From: Hydrurus foetidus | Taxonomy: Eukaryota | Assembly (NCBI GenBank): GCA_900617105.1 | Contig: UYFQ01000723.1 | Location: 1-64,000 of the forward strand | Reading direction: 5' to 3' | Length of the DNA stretch: 64,000 nt | Shown here: piece after piece, positions 1 to 8,665 of the stretch | Numbering within the stretch: the stretch's first letter is position 1 | How the letters are laid out: each line of letters opens with the position of its first letter | Translations under genes and position numbers: made by a program | Notes under the pieces: generated by a model | Seen by the model: the letters and a program-made list of their open reading frames with translations, nothing else | What the model was told of the DNA's origin: nothing | The model's database searches: none

Positions 1-65
1 TATTTTAAATGCGTTTTGTCTGTCTGCTAAATGTTGATTCAACTGGATCGGCTAAACTTGCTTGC

Positions 66-248
66 AACGAAAAAGGCTTGGCGTTGTTGGGGAATTCCGT
101 CCGCCCATAACCGAAGCCCAATGATTGCAATATTGCTGATGTTTTATTCATAAGCCAAATTTATAACGTCAAGCCCGAACTGAAGCACAATAAAGAACAA
201 ATGTTGAGGCAATATTCGTCAAGCCCCAATAATGCCAAACCTAATGTT
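66..248. repeat. attC-like array repeat 1
   Basis: AACGAAAAAGGCTTGGCG...GCCAAACCTAATGTT; about 7 bp shorter internally than other copies. Confidence 0.95.
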
Positions 249-259
249 GTGTGCCGTAA

Positions 260-740
260 TTATTCGTCCATAAAGTCACTTCCAAATAAAGTATAATCCT
301 ATTTGCCCTTCACTTTAGCTTTGTCCATAAAAAATGAGACATCTCTTTATTCCTTTTGTTTGTTTGTCCATTAAAACATAGCAATTTCTCCAACGTCATT
401 GTCAATGTCAAACTTACTTTTTGTCGAAACCTACTGAAAAGAGTTTTTAACATTTTCAAAATAAAGTCTTGAACTCAACTGTCATAAATCAAAGTCTATA
501 TGTAATGTCTAATATTTTTAATGACTGCCTCAAGTCTAACCTACTCCTCCAATTAAACTCAAAACACCTGAAGACTAGGCTTGATTTTCTATTTCTTTTT
601 GTAATATTCAATTCCATTGTCGCCCTTTGTCAACATAAGTCAGTTTTGAAACTTTACGAAAACTGTCCATCATTGAAATAGATAATTTTGACACGTCAAC
701 ATTAAAGAATATTCATTGAGTTGTTGAGTAAAAGTCATTG
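260..740 (-). CDS. Cassette B hypothetical protein (frameshifted; limits approximate)
   Basis: Fragmented minus-strand reading ending ...FGSDFMDE* beside the cassette end; no family recognised. Confidence 0.35.
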
Positions 741-811
741 TCTGTGTAATGAAATTTGTCGTCAAAATGATAGAAATATGTAGATTATTTTGTATTCTTA
801 TTATGGCACAC

Positions 812-994
812 AAAAGGCTTATGTTTGTTGGGAATTAGCATTCCGTCAGCCCATAACCGAAGCCCAATGATTGCAATATTGCTGATGTTTTATTCATAAG
901 CCAAATTTATAACGTCAAGCCCGAACTGAAGCTCAATAAAGAACAAATGTTGAGGCAATATTCGTCAAGCCCCAATAATGCCAAACCTAATGTT
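812..994. repeat. attC-like array repeat 2
   Basis: Same repeat; left end garbled (caaaaggcttatg). Confidence 0.9.
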
Positions 995-1021
995 GCACGT
1001 TGTTTTGTCGGTCTGACAATC

Positions 1022-1520
1022 TTAAATTCAACCGATACTTGTTTTTAAAATTCCAAGTTGTCTGTCTTGGTACCAAAATTTAGGACTCGTATTTGATAAT
1101 ATACAACCTGGTAAGTTTCTACTTGTCCTTTGTCAGCAAGTAATTAATTTCTTCCTGTTTTCCAAACAAGCAATTTGTATTGTCTTTTTTATGGCAAAAT
1201 GCTTGACTTGTACAAATTGTCAAAAAGTCTGTGTGAATTTTAAAGTTAATTGTTGTCCTAACAATTGGTCTGTGTCCAAGTTATAAATTTTGCTTTCTTT
1301 CTCGTCATTCAAAACGCAGTAAAAAGTTTTCTTTGGGGTTTGAAGTGTCAAGCGATAAATGTCTAAAACCTTCAATATTGATTGTGTCATTGAGAAAGGA
1401 AAACAAAAAAGCTTTTCTAAAAGATGATGAACCATTAATCATAACCTTTTTGTCCAACTTATTTTGTCCAAACAAAGTTGTCGAAAGTGTGATTAGTATT
1501 GTTAAATGAGTGGTCCTTAT
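1022..1520 (-). CDS. Cassette C (copy 1) secreted hypothetical protein
   Basis: Signal-peptide-like LILTILITLSTTLFGQ; near-identical to 7414-7925. Confidence 0.6.
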
Positions 1521-1530
1521 AAATGCGTGC

Positions 1531-1716
1531 AACGAAAAGGCTTGGCGTTTGTTGGGGAATTAGAATTCCGTCTGCCCATAACCGAAGCCCAATGATTGCA
1601 ATATTGCTGATGTTTTATTCATAAGCCAAATTTATAACGTCAAGCCCGAACTGAAGTACAAAGAACAAATGCTGAGGCTATATTCGTCAAGCCCCAATAA
1701 TGCCAAACCTAATGTT
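1531..1716. repeat. attC-like array repeat 3
   Basis: AAC at 1531 to GTT ending 1716. Confidence 0.95.
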
Positions 1717-1732
1717 AGTGGTGGCGTTTTGT

Positions 1733-2365
1733 TTTAGTTTGTCTGAATTTCACAATTGTACATAGTCCAATTTATGTTTAGTATTTGTCGGTCTTTTATT
1801 ATTGTTTATTTTTTTTGTTATAGACTTCAAGTATTGCTCCTAAAACAGAATTGTTTTGTCATACTTATTTACTTTGCTGAATGTAAATATTGTCATTATT
1901 TCATTCTCGTATCTGTCAATTTCGTTGCTATTAATAATTTGATATAAACTTTCATCGTTTTTTTCTGTTAGAATTGATTTTTCAGCTCTATAATCTTATC
2001 GAATACTGTGTCATCATACTGCTATTCAAAAACTGAAACCAAATTGTCCTTCTAAAGTCTCAAGTCTCTACTAAGGAACAATAAGCTTTGTCCTTTTGTC
2101 AGAATTTGAAACTTTAAATCATATCAAGCTCTCTCCAACAACTGGTATATGTTTGATGTCATAATGGAGTTTGTAAATCTTATAGAATTGGTTTTCAAGT
2201 GTAGTCAAGTTTCTTTGCGTTATAACATCTGTCAAAAGCTGCTATAGAAAGTTCTTTTCAATATTATCAGGGTCGATTGATTCAATGATTTTGCAAAGTT
2301 CAAATGAATCACAATTGCCATTTTCTTTTTCATGTGTTGTAAAAAACAATTGTAATGTTAAACAT
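1733..2365 (-). CDS. Cassette D (copy 1) hypothetical protein
   Basis: Near-identical to 5698-6340 but with more indels. Confidence 0.6.
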
Positions 2366-2411
2366 TGATTTCTTTATAAAATTGAGGATGTAAGTCATTT
2401 TACGTTGCCGC

Positions 2412-2600
2412 AACGAAAAAGGCTTGGCGTTTGTTGGGGAATTAGTATTCCGTCTGCCCATAACCGAAGCCCAATGATTGCAATATTGCTGATGTTTTAT
2501 TCATAAGCCAAATTTATAACGTCAAGCCCGAACTGAAGCACAATAAAGAACAAATGTTGAGGCTATATTCGTCAAGCCCAATAATGCCAAACCTAATGTT
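2412..2600. repeat. attC-like array repeat 4
   Basis: AAC at 2412 to GTT ending 2600. Confidence 0.95.
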
Positions 2601-2610
2601 GGTAGTAGTT

Positions 2611-3130
2611 TTATTCTTCATCGTTTTGTCAAAAATTAATCGCTAAATTACTATTGACAGCAAGTTCAAATCGCTTTCCAAGTTTAATTTTTCAGTTCTC
2701 TCAAAAGCTATATTGCCAATTTCTAATAAAGCTGGATTTAGTTTGTCCAACATTTTGCCCGATGAAATTTCTTCCAATTGTCCTTTTTATACTTTTATAT
2801 GTTAAATTCTTCAAAATTTCTCAATTCAAATTCTGCTGGATTACAAAGTCGACTACCATTTAATGGTTTAAATAATTCTGCTTGTTCAAAAATCTTTGTT
2901 TGCCATATGTTCGTCATATAATACTTCTTATTCCGTTGATTTGACTTTTCAACTGATTTTAATTGAGTTTGTCTTTCTGTCAAAATTAATTGAACTTTTA
3001 CAGCAGCGTTAGGGTCAGTCCAAATATTTATAGTATAAATTTTAAAATCTGATATTCTTTTTACTATTCTACTAAATGCTTTGTCAACTAAAATACTCAT
3101 TTCAGTTATGTACAAAGTCTTGTCAAAACT
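2611..3130 (-). CDS. Cassette E hypothetical protein (limits approximate)
   Basis: ORF 2795-3187 (...FKIYTINIWTDPNAA...LCNPAEFELRNF) continues in another frame to the cassette end. Confidence 0.5.
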
Positions 3131-3185
3131 TGATTTAAAAAATTGAATAAATATTAGGAATTTTTGGGTCTTTAAAAATTGCACC

Positions 3186-3373
3186 AACGAAAAAGGCTTG
3201 GCGTTGTTGGGGAATTAGATTCCGTCTGCCCATAACCGAAGCCCAATGATTGCAATATTGCTGATGTTTTATTCATAAGCCAAATTTATAACGTCAAGCC
3301 CGAACTGAAGCACAATAAAGAACAAATGTTGAGGCTATATTCGTCAAGCCCCAATAATGCCAAACCTAATGTT
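3186..3373. repeat. attC-like array repeat 5
   Basis: AAC at 3186 to GTT ending 3373. Confidence 0.95.
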
Positions 3374-3384
3374 GGCTGCAGTAT

Positions 3385-3920
3385 TTATTTTCTTTGAAAT
3401 AGTTCAATAATTTGTTCTTTGTCGAAACAGATAAGCTTTAAAACATTCTCTCCCCAATGGTTTGATTTAATTGCCAACTCATTTGTGAAATTGAATTTAA
3501 CTATACCACCTTTTAACATTGTCATTTGACTCTGTCTTAGCAAAGGTGTCAACTCAATTATTCTATCAAAATGAAGACTTGTGTCTTTGTTTAATCGCTC
3601 TGAAATATGCACACCATTTATTGAAGGAACCCAATGTCCTTTATAACCAATGTCCAAAAATTGTGTATGAAATTAATGATGTCGCATTAAACAAATTCAA
3701 CTTGTTTCTAAAATTTTTACCTTAAACTGTCAATATGGATACTGTCTTTGATTTGTCCACCAATCCAATTCATATGTGGTGGTAACTTCATTTTTAGGTT
3801 TCTTTGGTTCTGTTGATAAAATATTTTGTTTACCAAAGTCTGTTGTATAAAAGTAAATAATACTTAGTCCAATAATAACTATTGCAAAAATTATCAATAT
3901 CCATTTAATAAGTTTTCTCT
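3385..3920 (-). CDS. Cassette F membrane-anchored hypothetical protein
   Basis: N-terminal hydrophobic stretch KWILIIFAIVIIGLSIIYFY; C-terminal part is ORF 3385-3657. Confidence 0.55.
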
Positions 3921-3932
3921 ATAATTGCTGCC

Positions 3933-4122
3933 AACGAAAAAGGCTTGGCGTTTGTTGGGGAATTAGTATTCCGTCTGCCCATAACCGAAGCCCAATGATT
4001 GCAATATTGCTGATGTTTTATTCATAAGCCAAATTTATAACGTCAAGCCCGAACTGAAGCACAATAAAGAACAAATGTTGAGGCTATATTCGTCAAGCCC
4101 CAATAATGCCAAACCTAATGTT
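3933..4122. repeat. attC-like array repeat 6
   Basis: AAC at 3933 to GTT ending 4122. Confidence 0.95.
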
Positions 4123-4149
4123 GTTGCTTTGGTCAACCAGACGAAAGCT

Positions 4150-4625
4150 ATTGAAATAATTTTATAACCTGTCAATCATTGTCATATCTACGCTTTTACT
4201 TTTCTTTTTAGTCAAATAAATAAACTTTCCATAGTTCGTCTAAATTAGTCAAGTTTATTAACTCTTGTTTTTGTCTGCGTAAATAAACTTCAAAACTTCT
4301 TCCCGTTACAATCAATCGTTTTCAATTTTACTGTCAAGAAATCTTTGTGTCTCGTTTAAATAAAAAGCATAGTCGTCAGCACCAACATAAAAAATCTTCT
4401 CCCAACTCTTTTTCCTTTTGCAATTTGTAAACTGTCTGCATCTCTACTATTACTGCACAAGTTTGGTCTACAACTAAGTGTCAGTATTAACAGTTTTGTC
4501 TCTACTTGGTAGTTGCATTTTTGTTGTGTCAATTTGGTTATTGTCATTATTAGATGCTTGATTGCAAGATGCAAACATAGTCAGTCCAAAAAATAATGTC
4601 TTTGAAGTAAAGTTGAAAGTGTCAT
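4150..4625 (-). CDS. Cassette G putative lipoprotein (frameshifted)
   Basis: Stitched reading ...TLFFGLTMFASCNQASNNDNNQIDTTK... contains a lipobox-like FASC. Confidence 0.55.
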
Positions 4626-4676
4626 TTTATGTTTTGATTTTATTGCAAGTTTTGGTGGTCAAATAAAGTTGCAGCC

Positions 4677-4866
4677 AACGAAAAAGGCTTGGCGTTTGTT
4701 GGGGAATTAGAATTCCGTCAGCCCATAACCGAAGCCCAATGATTGCAATATTGCTGATGTTTTATTCATAAGCCAAATTTATAACGTCAAGCCCGAACTG
4801 AAGCACAATAAAGAACAAATGTTGAGGCAATATTCGTCAAGCCCCAATAATGCCAAACCTAATGTT
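4677..4866. repeat. attC-like array repeat 7
   Basis: AAC at 4677 to GTT ending 4866. Confidence 0.95.
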
Positions 4867-5489
4867 GCAAGCAGGTTTTCTTTCCTGTCGTTCTATTTTG
4901 TGTTCCTTTCAAACTAAAACCAGTTTCAATTTGTGAATGAGTTTTGTCGAACCCAAACAAGTTTTAAACATATAAATAATTACAAAATTTTTCTACGAGT
5001 TGTTCTTTGTCAAACCACAACAAAACTGCAAATGGTGAGCAAGATTTGAATTTATAAACTTCTGTTTTCTTTGTCAACTTGCAGCAATTTCAAAACCTAA
5101 AAACAAGTCTAAATTACGTCTGCTTAAAATGGTCAGTATCTTTTACTCAACTCGTCAGTATGTTTTGCCAAACTCATCAGTATCTTTTACAAACTCGTCT
5201 ATATGTTTTTGAACCTTGCTTTTGTTCTTGTTTGTTGCAGCATTTAGTCAAGCAATTTTGTCTGCACTTGGTGATTGTCCAACCAATTTTGTTATGTCCT
5301 GCTTTTTAGACTTTAGCAAAAGTCCACCAAGAACAAAAGATGAAAAAGAACTGATGCCCTAAAAACTACGAAAGCCAAATTGAAAAACAAAAGTTGATGT
5401 GGGCTTTGGCTCAAGTCTTACCAGATATTTTAAATGCGTTTTGTCTGTCTGCTAAATGTTGATTCAACTGATCGGCTAAACTTGCTTGC
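4867..5489. other. Cassette A (apparently ORF-less); further copies at 6575-7195 and partially at 1-65
   Basis: No minus-strand ORF of 60 aa or more in either full copy; plus-strand ORFs are short and unconvincing; 3 x ~22 bp tandem at 5132-5199. Confidence 0.6.
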
Positions 5490-5679
5490 AACGAAAAAGG
5501 CTTGGCGTTTGTTGGGGAATTAGTATTCCGTCTGCCCATAACCGAAGCCCAATGATTGCAATATTGCTGATGTTTTATTCATAAGCCAAATTTATAACGT
5601 CAAGCCCGAACTGAAGTACAATAAAGAACAAATGTTGAGGCTATATTCGTCAAGCCCCAATAATGCCAAACCTAATGTT
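5490..5679. repeat. attC-like array repeat 8
   Basis: AAC at 5490 to GTT ending 5679. Confidence 0.95.
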
Positions 5680-5697
5680 AGTGGCAGGCGTTTTGTT

Positions 5698-6340
5698 TTA
5701 GCTTGTCTGAATTTCACAATTGTACATAGTCCAATTTATGTTTAGTATTTGTCGGTCTTTGATATTGTTTATTTTTTTGTTATAGACTTCTTATGGGCTG
5801 TCTTCTAAAACAGAATTGCTTTGTCATACTTATTTACTTTGCTATAACTGTAAATATTGTCAATTATTTCATTCTCGTATCTGTCAATTTCTTTGTCGCT
5901 GTTATTAATAATTTGATATAAACTTTCATCGTTTTTTCTGTTAGAATTGATTTTTCAGCTTCTATAATCTTATCGAATACTGTGTCAGACATACTGCTAT
6001 TCAAAAACTGAAAACCAAATTGTCCTTCTAAAGTCTCAAGTCTCTCTACTAAGGAACAATAAGCTTTGTCCTTTGTCAGAATTTGAAACTTTAAATCAAT
6101 ATCAAGCTCTCTTCCAACAACTGGTATATGTTTGATGTCATAATGGAGTTTGTAAATCTTTATAGAATTGGTTTCAAGTGTAGTCAAGTTTTGCAAGTTA
6201 TAACATCTGTCAAAAGCTGCTATAGAAAGTTCTTCAAATATTATTTCAGGGTCGATTGATTCAATGATTTTGCAAAGTTCAAATGAATCACAATTGCCAT
6301 TTTCTTTATGTGTTGTAAAAACAATTGTAATGTTAAACAT
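5698..6340 (-). CDS. Cassette D (copy 2) hypothetical protein, possibly TraB/ChaN-like fold
   Basis: ORF 5864-6340 MFNITIVFTTHKENGNC...PEIIFEEL, with a frameshifted C-terminus (YDKAILF...AH); the fold call is a motif-level guess. Confidence 0.65.
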
Positions 6341-6384
6341 TGATTTCTATAAAATTGAGGATGTGTCATTTTACGCTTGCCGCT

Positions 6385-6574
6385 AACGAAAAAGGCTTGG
6401 CGTTTGTTGGGGAATTAGAATTCCGTCAGCCCATAACCGAAGCCCAATAATTGCAATATTGCTGATGTTTTATTCATAAGCCAAATTTATAACGTCAAGC
6501 CCGAACTGAAGTACAATAAAGAACAAATGCTGAGGCAATATTCGTCAAGCCCCAATAATGCCAAACCTAATGTT
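6385..6574. repeat. attC-like array repeat 9
   Basis: AAC at 6385 to GTT ending 6574. Confidence 0.95.
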
Positions 6575-7195
6575 GCAAGCAGGTTTTCTTTCCTGTCGTT
6601 CTATTTTGTGTTCCTTTCAAACTAAAACCAGTTTCAATTTGTGAATGAGTTTTGTCGAACCCAAACAAGTTTTAAACATATAAATAATTACAAAATTTTT
6701 TCTACGAGTTGTTCTTTGTCAAACCACAACAAAACTGCAAATGGTGAGCAAGATTTGAATTTATAAACTTCGTTTTCTTTGTCAACTTGCAGCAATTTCA
6801 AAACCTAAAAACAAGTCTAAATTACGTCTGCTTAAAATGGTCAGTATCTTTTACTCAACTCGTCAGTATGTTTTGCCAAACTCATCAGTATCTTTTACAA
6901 ACTCGTCTATATGTTTTGAACCTTGCTTTTGTTCTTGTTTGTTGCAGCAATTTAGTCAAGCAATTTTGTCTGCACTTGGTGATTGTCCAACCAATTTTGT
7001 TATGTCCTGCTTTTTAGACTTTAGCAAAAGTCCACCAAGAACAAAAGATGAAAAGAACTGATGCCCTAAAAACTACGAAAGCAAATTGAAAAACAAAAGT
7101 TGATGTGGGCTTTGGCTCAAGTCTTACCAGATATTTTAAATGCGTTTTGTCTGTCTGCTAAATGTTGATTCAACTGATCGGCTAAACTTGCTTGC
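6575..7195. other. Cassette A, second full copy
   Basis: Near-identical to 4867-5489. Confidence 0.6.
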
Positions 7196-7385
7196 AACGA
7201 AAAAGGCTTGGCGTTTGTTGGGGAATTAGTATTCCGTCTGCCCATAACCGAAGCCCAATGATTGCAATATTGCTGATGTTTTATTCATAAGCCAAATTTA
7301 TAACGTCAAGCCCGAACTGAAGCACAATAAAGAACAAATGTTGAGGCTATATTCGTCAAGCCCCAATAATGCCAAACCTAATGTT
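7196..7385. repeat. attC-like array repeat 10
   Basis: AAC at 7196 to GTT ending 7385. Confidence 0.95.
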
Positions 7386-7413
7386 GCACGCCGTTTTGGT
7401 CGGTCTGACAATC

Positions 7414-7925
7414 TTAAATTGTCAACCGATACTTTGTTTTAAAATTCCAAGTTGTCTGTCTTACAATAAAATTTAGGACTCGTATTTGATAATATACAAC
7501 CTGCAAGTTTCACTTGTCCTTTGTCAGCAAGTGCAATTAATTTCTTCCCAGGTTTTCCATAAACAAAAGGAATTACATTGTCTTTTTATGGCAAAATGGG
7601 CAAAGTTTTGACTTGTACAAATTGTCAAAAAGTCTGTGTCAGGAATTTTAAAGTTAATTGTTGTGTCTAACAATTGGTCTGTGTCAAGTTATAAATTTTG
7701 CTTTTCTCGTCATTCAAAACGCAGTAAAAGTTTTCTTTTGGGGTTTGAAGTGTCAAGCGATAAATGTCTAAAACCTTCAATATTGATTGTGTCATTGAGT
7801 AAAGGGAAAACAAAAAGCTTTGTCAAAAGATGATGAACCATTAATCATAACCTTTTGTCCAACTTATTTTGTCCAAATAAAGTTGTCGAAAGTGTGATTA
7901 GTATTGTTAAAATGAGTGGTCTCAT
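7414..7925 (-). CDS. Cassette C (copy 2, leader-proximal) secreted hypothetical protein
   Basis: ATG at 7925: MRPLILTILITLSTTLFGQNKLDK... Confidence 0.65.
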
Positions 7926-7937
7926 AAAATGGCGTGC

Positions 7938-8075
7938 AACTCAAAATATACGCATTGCCATTTTGCCAAATATTTTTGAGTCTAAATAATTGTTTTCAAT
8001 CAATGTTTGCAAATATGTACGTAGTTTCAAAACTACGTACATTTCAATATTTTTTCAACTACGTACATTTCAATA
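7938..8075 (-). promoter_or_regulatory. Array leader: attI-like junction plus candidate Bacteroidota promoter with operator-like repeats
   Basis: The final AAC (7938) is not followed by a repeat. Minus strand has TTG (8056-8058), 20 bp spacer, TAGTTTTG (8028-8035). There is a 13 bp inverted repeat at 8015-8042 and a 19 bp direct repeat at 8031 and 8057. Confidence 0.55.
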
Positions 8076-8102
8076 GTTGTATTTTTTCTTACTACTTTCT
8101 AT

Positions 8103-8441
8103 TTAAGGCTTCGCCTTTCCCATCAATCTATTGCTTCCTTCAAGGTTGCCACTTGTATTTTTAGGTTTTCATTTTCTTTTTGCAAAGCTTCAACATCGGC
8201 ATTGGGTATGGGTGCATTGCTTGGTGGCAGGTGGTTTAGCTGTGCTGCTATTTGTTCAAAAAATTATAGTTTAGCACTTGACAAATTTTAAATAGGGTAT
8301 CTATTTTGGCATTGGGATTTTTAACAAATCCTTCAACAGCACTGGCACCAATACCCATTTGCTTTGCCCAACCTGCTTTAAAAATTCTTTTTCTTTTACA
8401 TAAGCATTTAGCATATTGCCTATATGGGGAGATTCTATCAT
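8103..8441 (-). CDS. XRE-like helix-turn-helix protein with C-terminal coiled coil
   Basis: Stitched MIESPHIGNMLNAYVKEKRIFKAGWAKQMGIGASAVEGFVKNPNAKIDTLFKICQVLNYNF...LQKENENLKIQVATLKEAI. Confidence 0.7.
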
Positions 8442-8600
8442 TTTTATGCAATTTATTCACTAAAATTATAATAAAATTGTGATTTTTGTGCATTTTATTA
8501 TAAATAATAACAATTTAATTATATTAAAATTGAATTTAATTATATAATTATTAAATTTTATTTATTATTATTAGAATTAAATTGACCATTTTTATAATTA

Positions 8601-8642
8601 AATTAGGTTTAAAAGTGAATTAAATTCACTTTAAACCTAATT
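8601..8642. terminator. AT-rich palindrome (terminator or operator)
   Basis: AATTAGGTTTAAAAGTGAAT / ATTCACTTTAAACCTAATT just downstream of the 8666-9157 gene. Confidence 0.4.
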
Positions 8643-8665
8643 AATTTAGTTACAACCTAATTTAA

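Larger units (their letters stand above)
1..7940 (-). mobile_element. Integron-like gene-cassette array (attC-like repeats, no integrase in window; truncated at window start)
   Basis: Ten ~190 bp repeats alternate with 536-705 bp cassettes. Recognisable cassette ORFs are all on the minus strand. Every junction is at a GTT/AAC triplet and the two ends of each cassette are complementary. Confidence 0.8.

Noticed and set aside
5079..5309. Plus-strand ORFs inside cassettes (also 469-681, 6787-7061, 7636-7833)
   Set aside because: They are short, often have non-ATG starts, are Cys/Phe-rich, and are either antisense to the better minus-strand genes or lack any recognisable features.
66..7385. CRISPR array
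   Set aside because: Repeats are ~190 bp and the intervening units are 536-705 bp gene-sized cassettes; no cas genes are present.
66..7385. Repeat as an IS, MITE or REP inserted between genes
   Set aside because: There are no target-site duplications or transposase. The flanks of a repeat do not match each other, whereas the two ends of each cassette do, so the cassette is the mobile unit.
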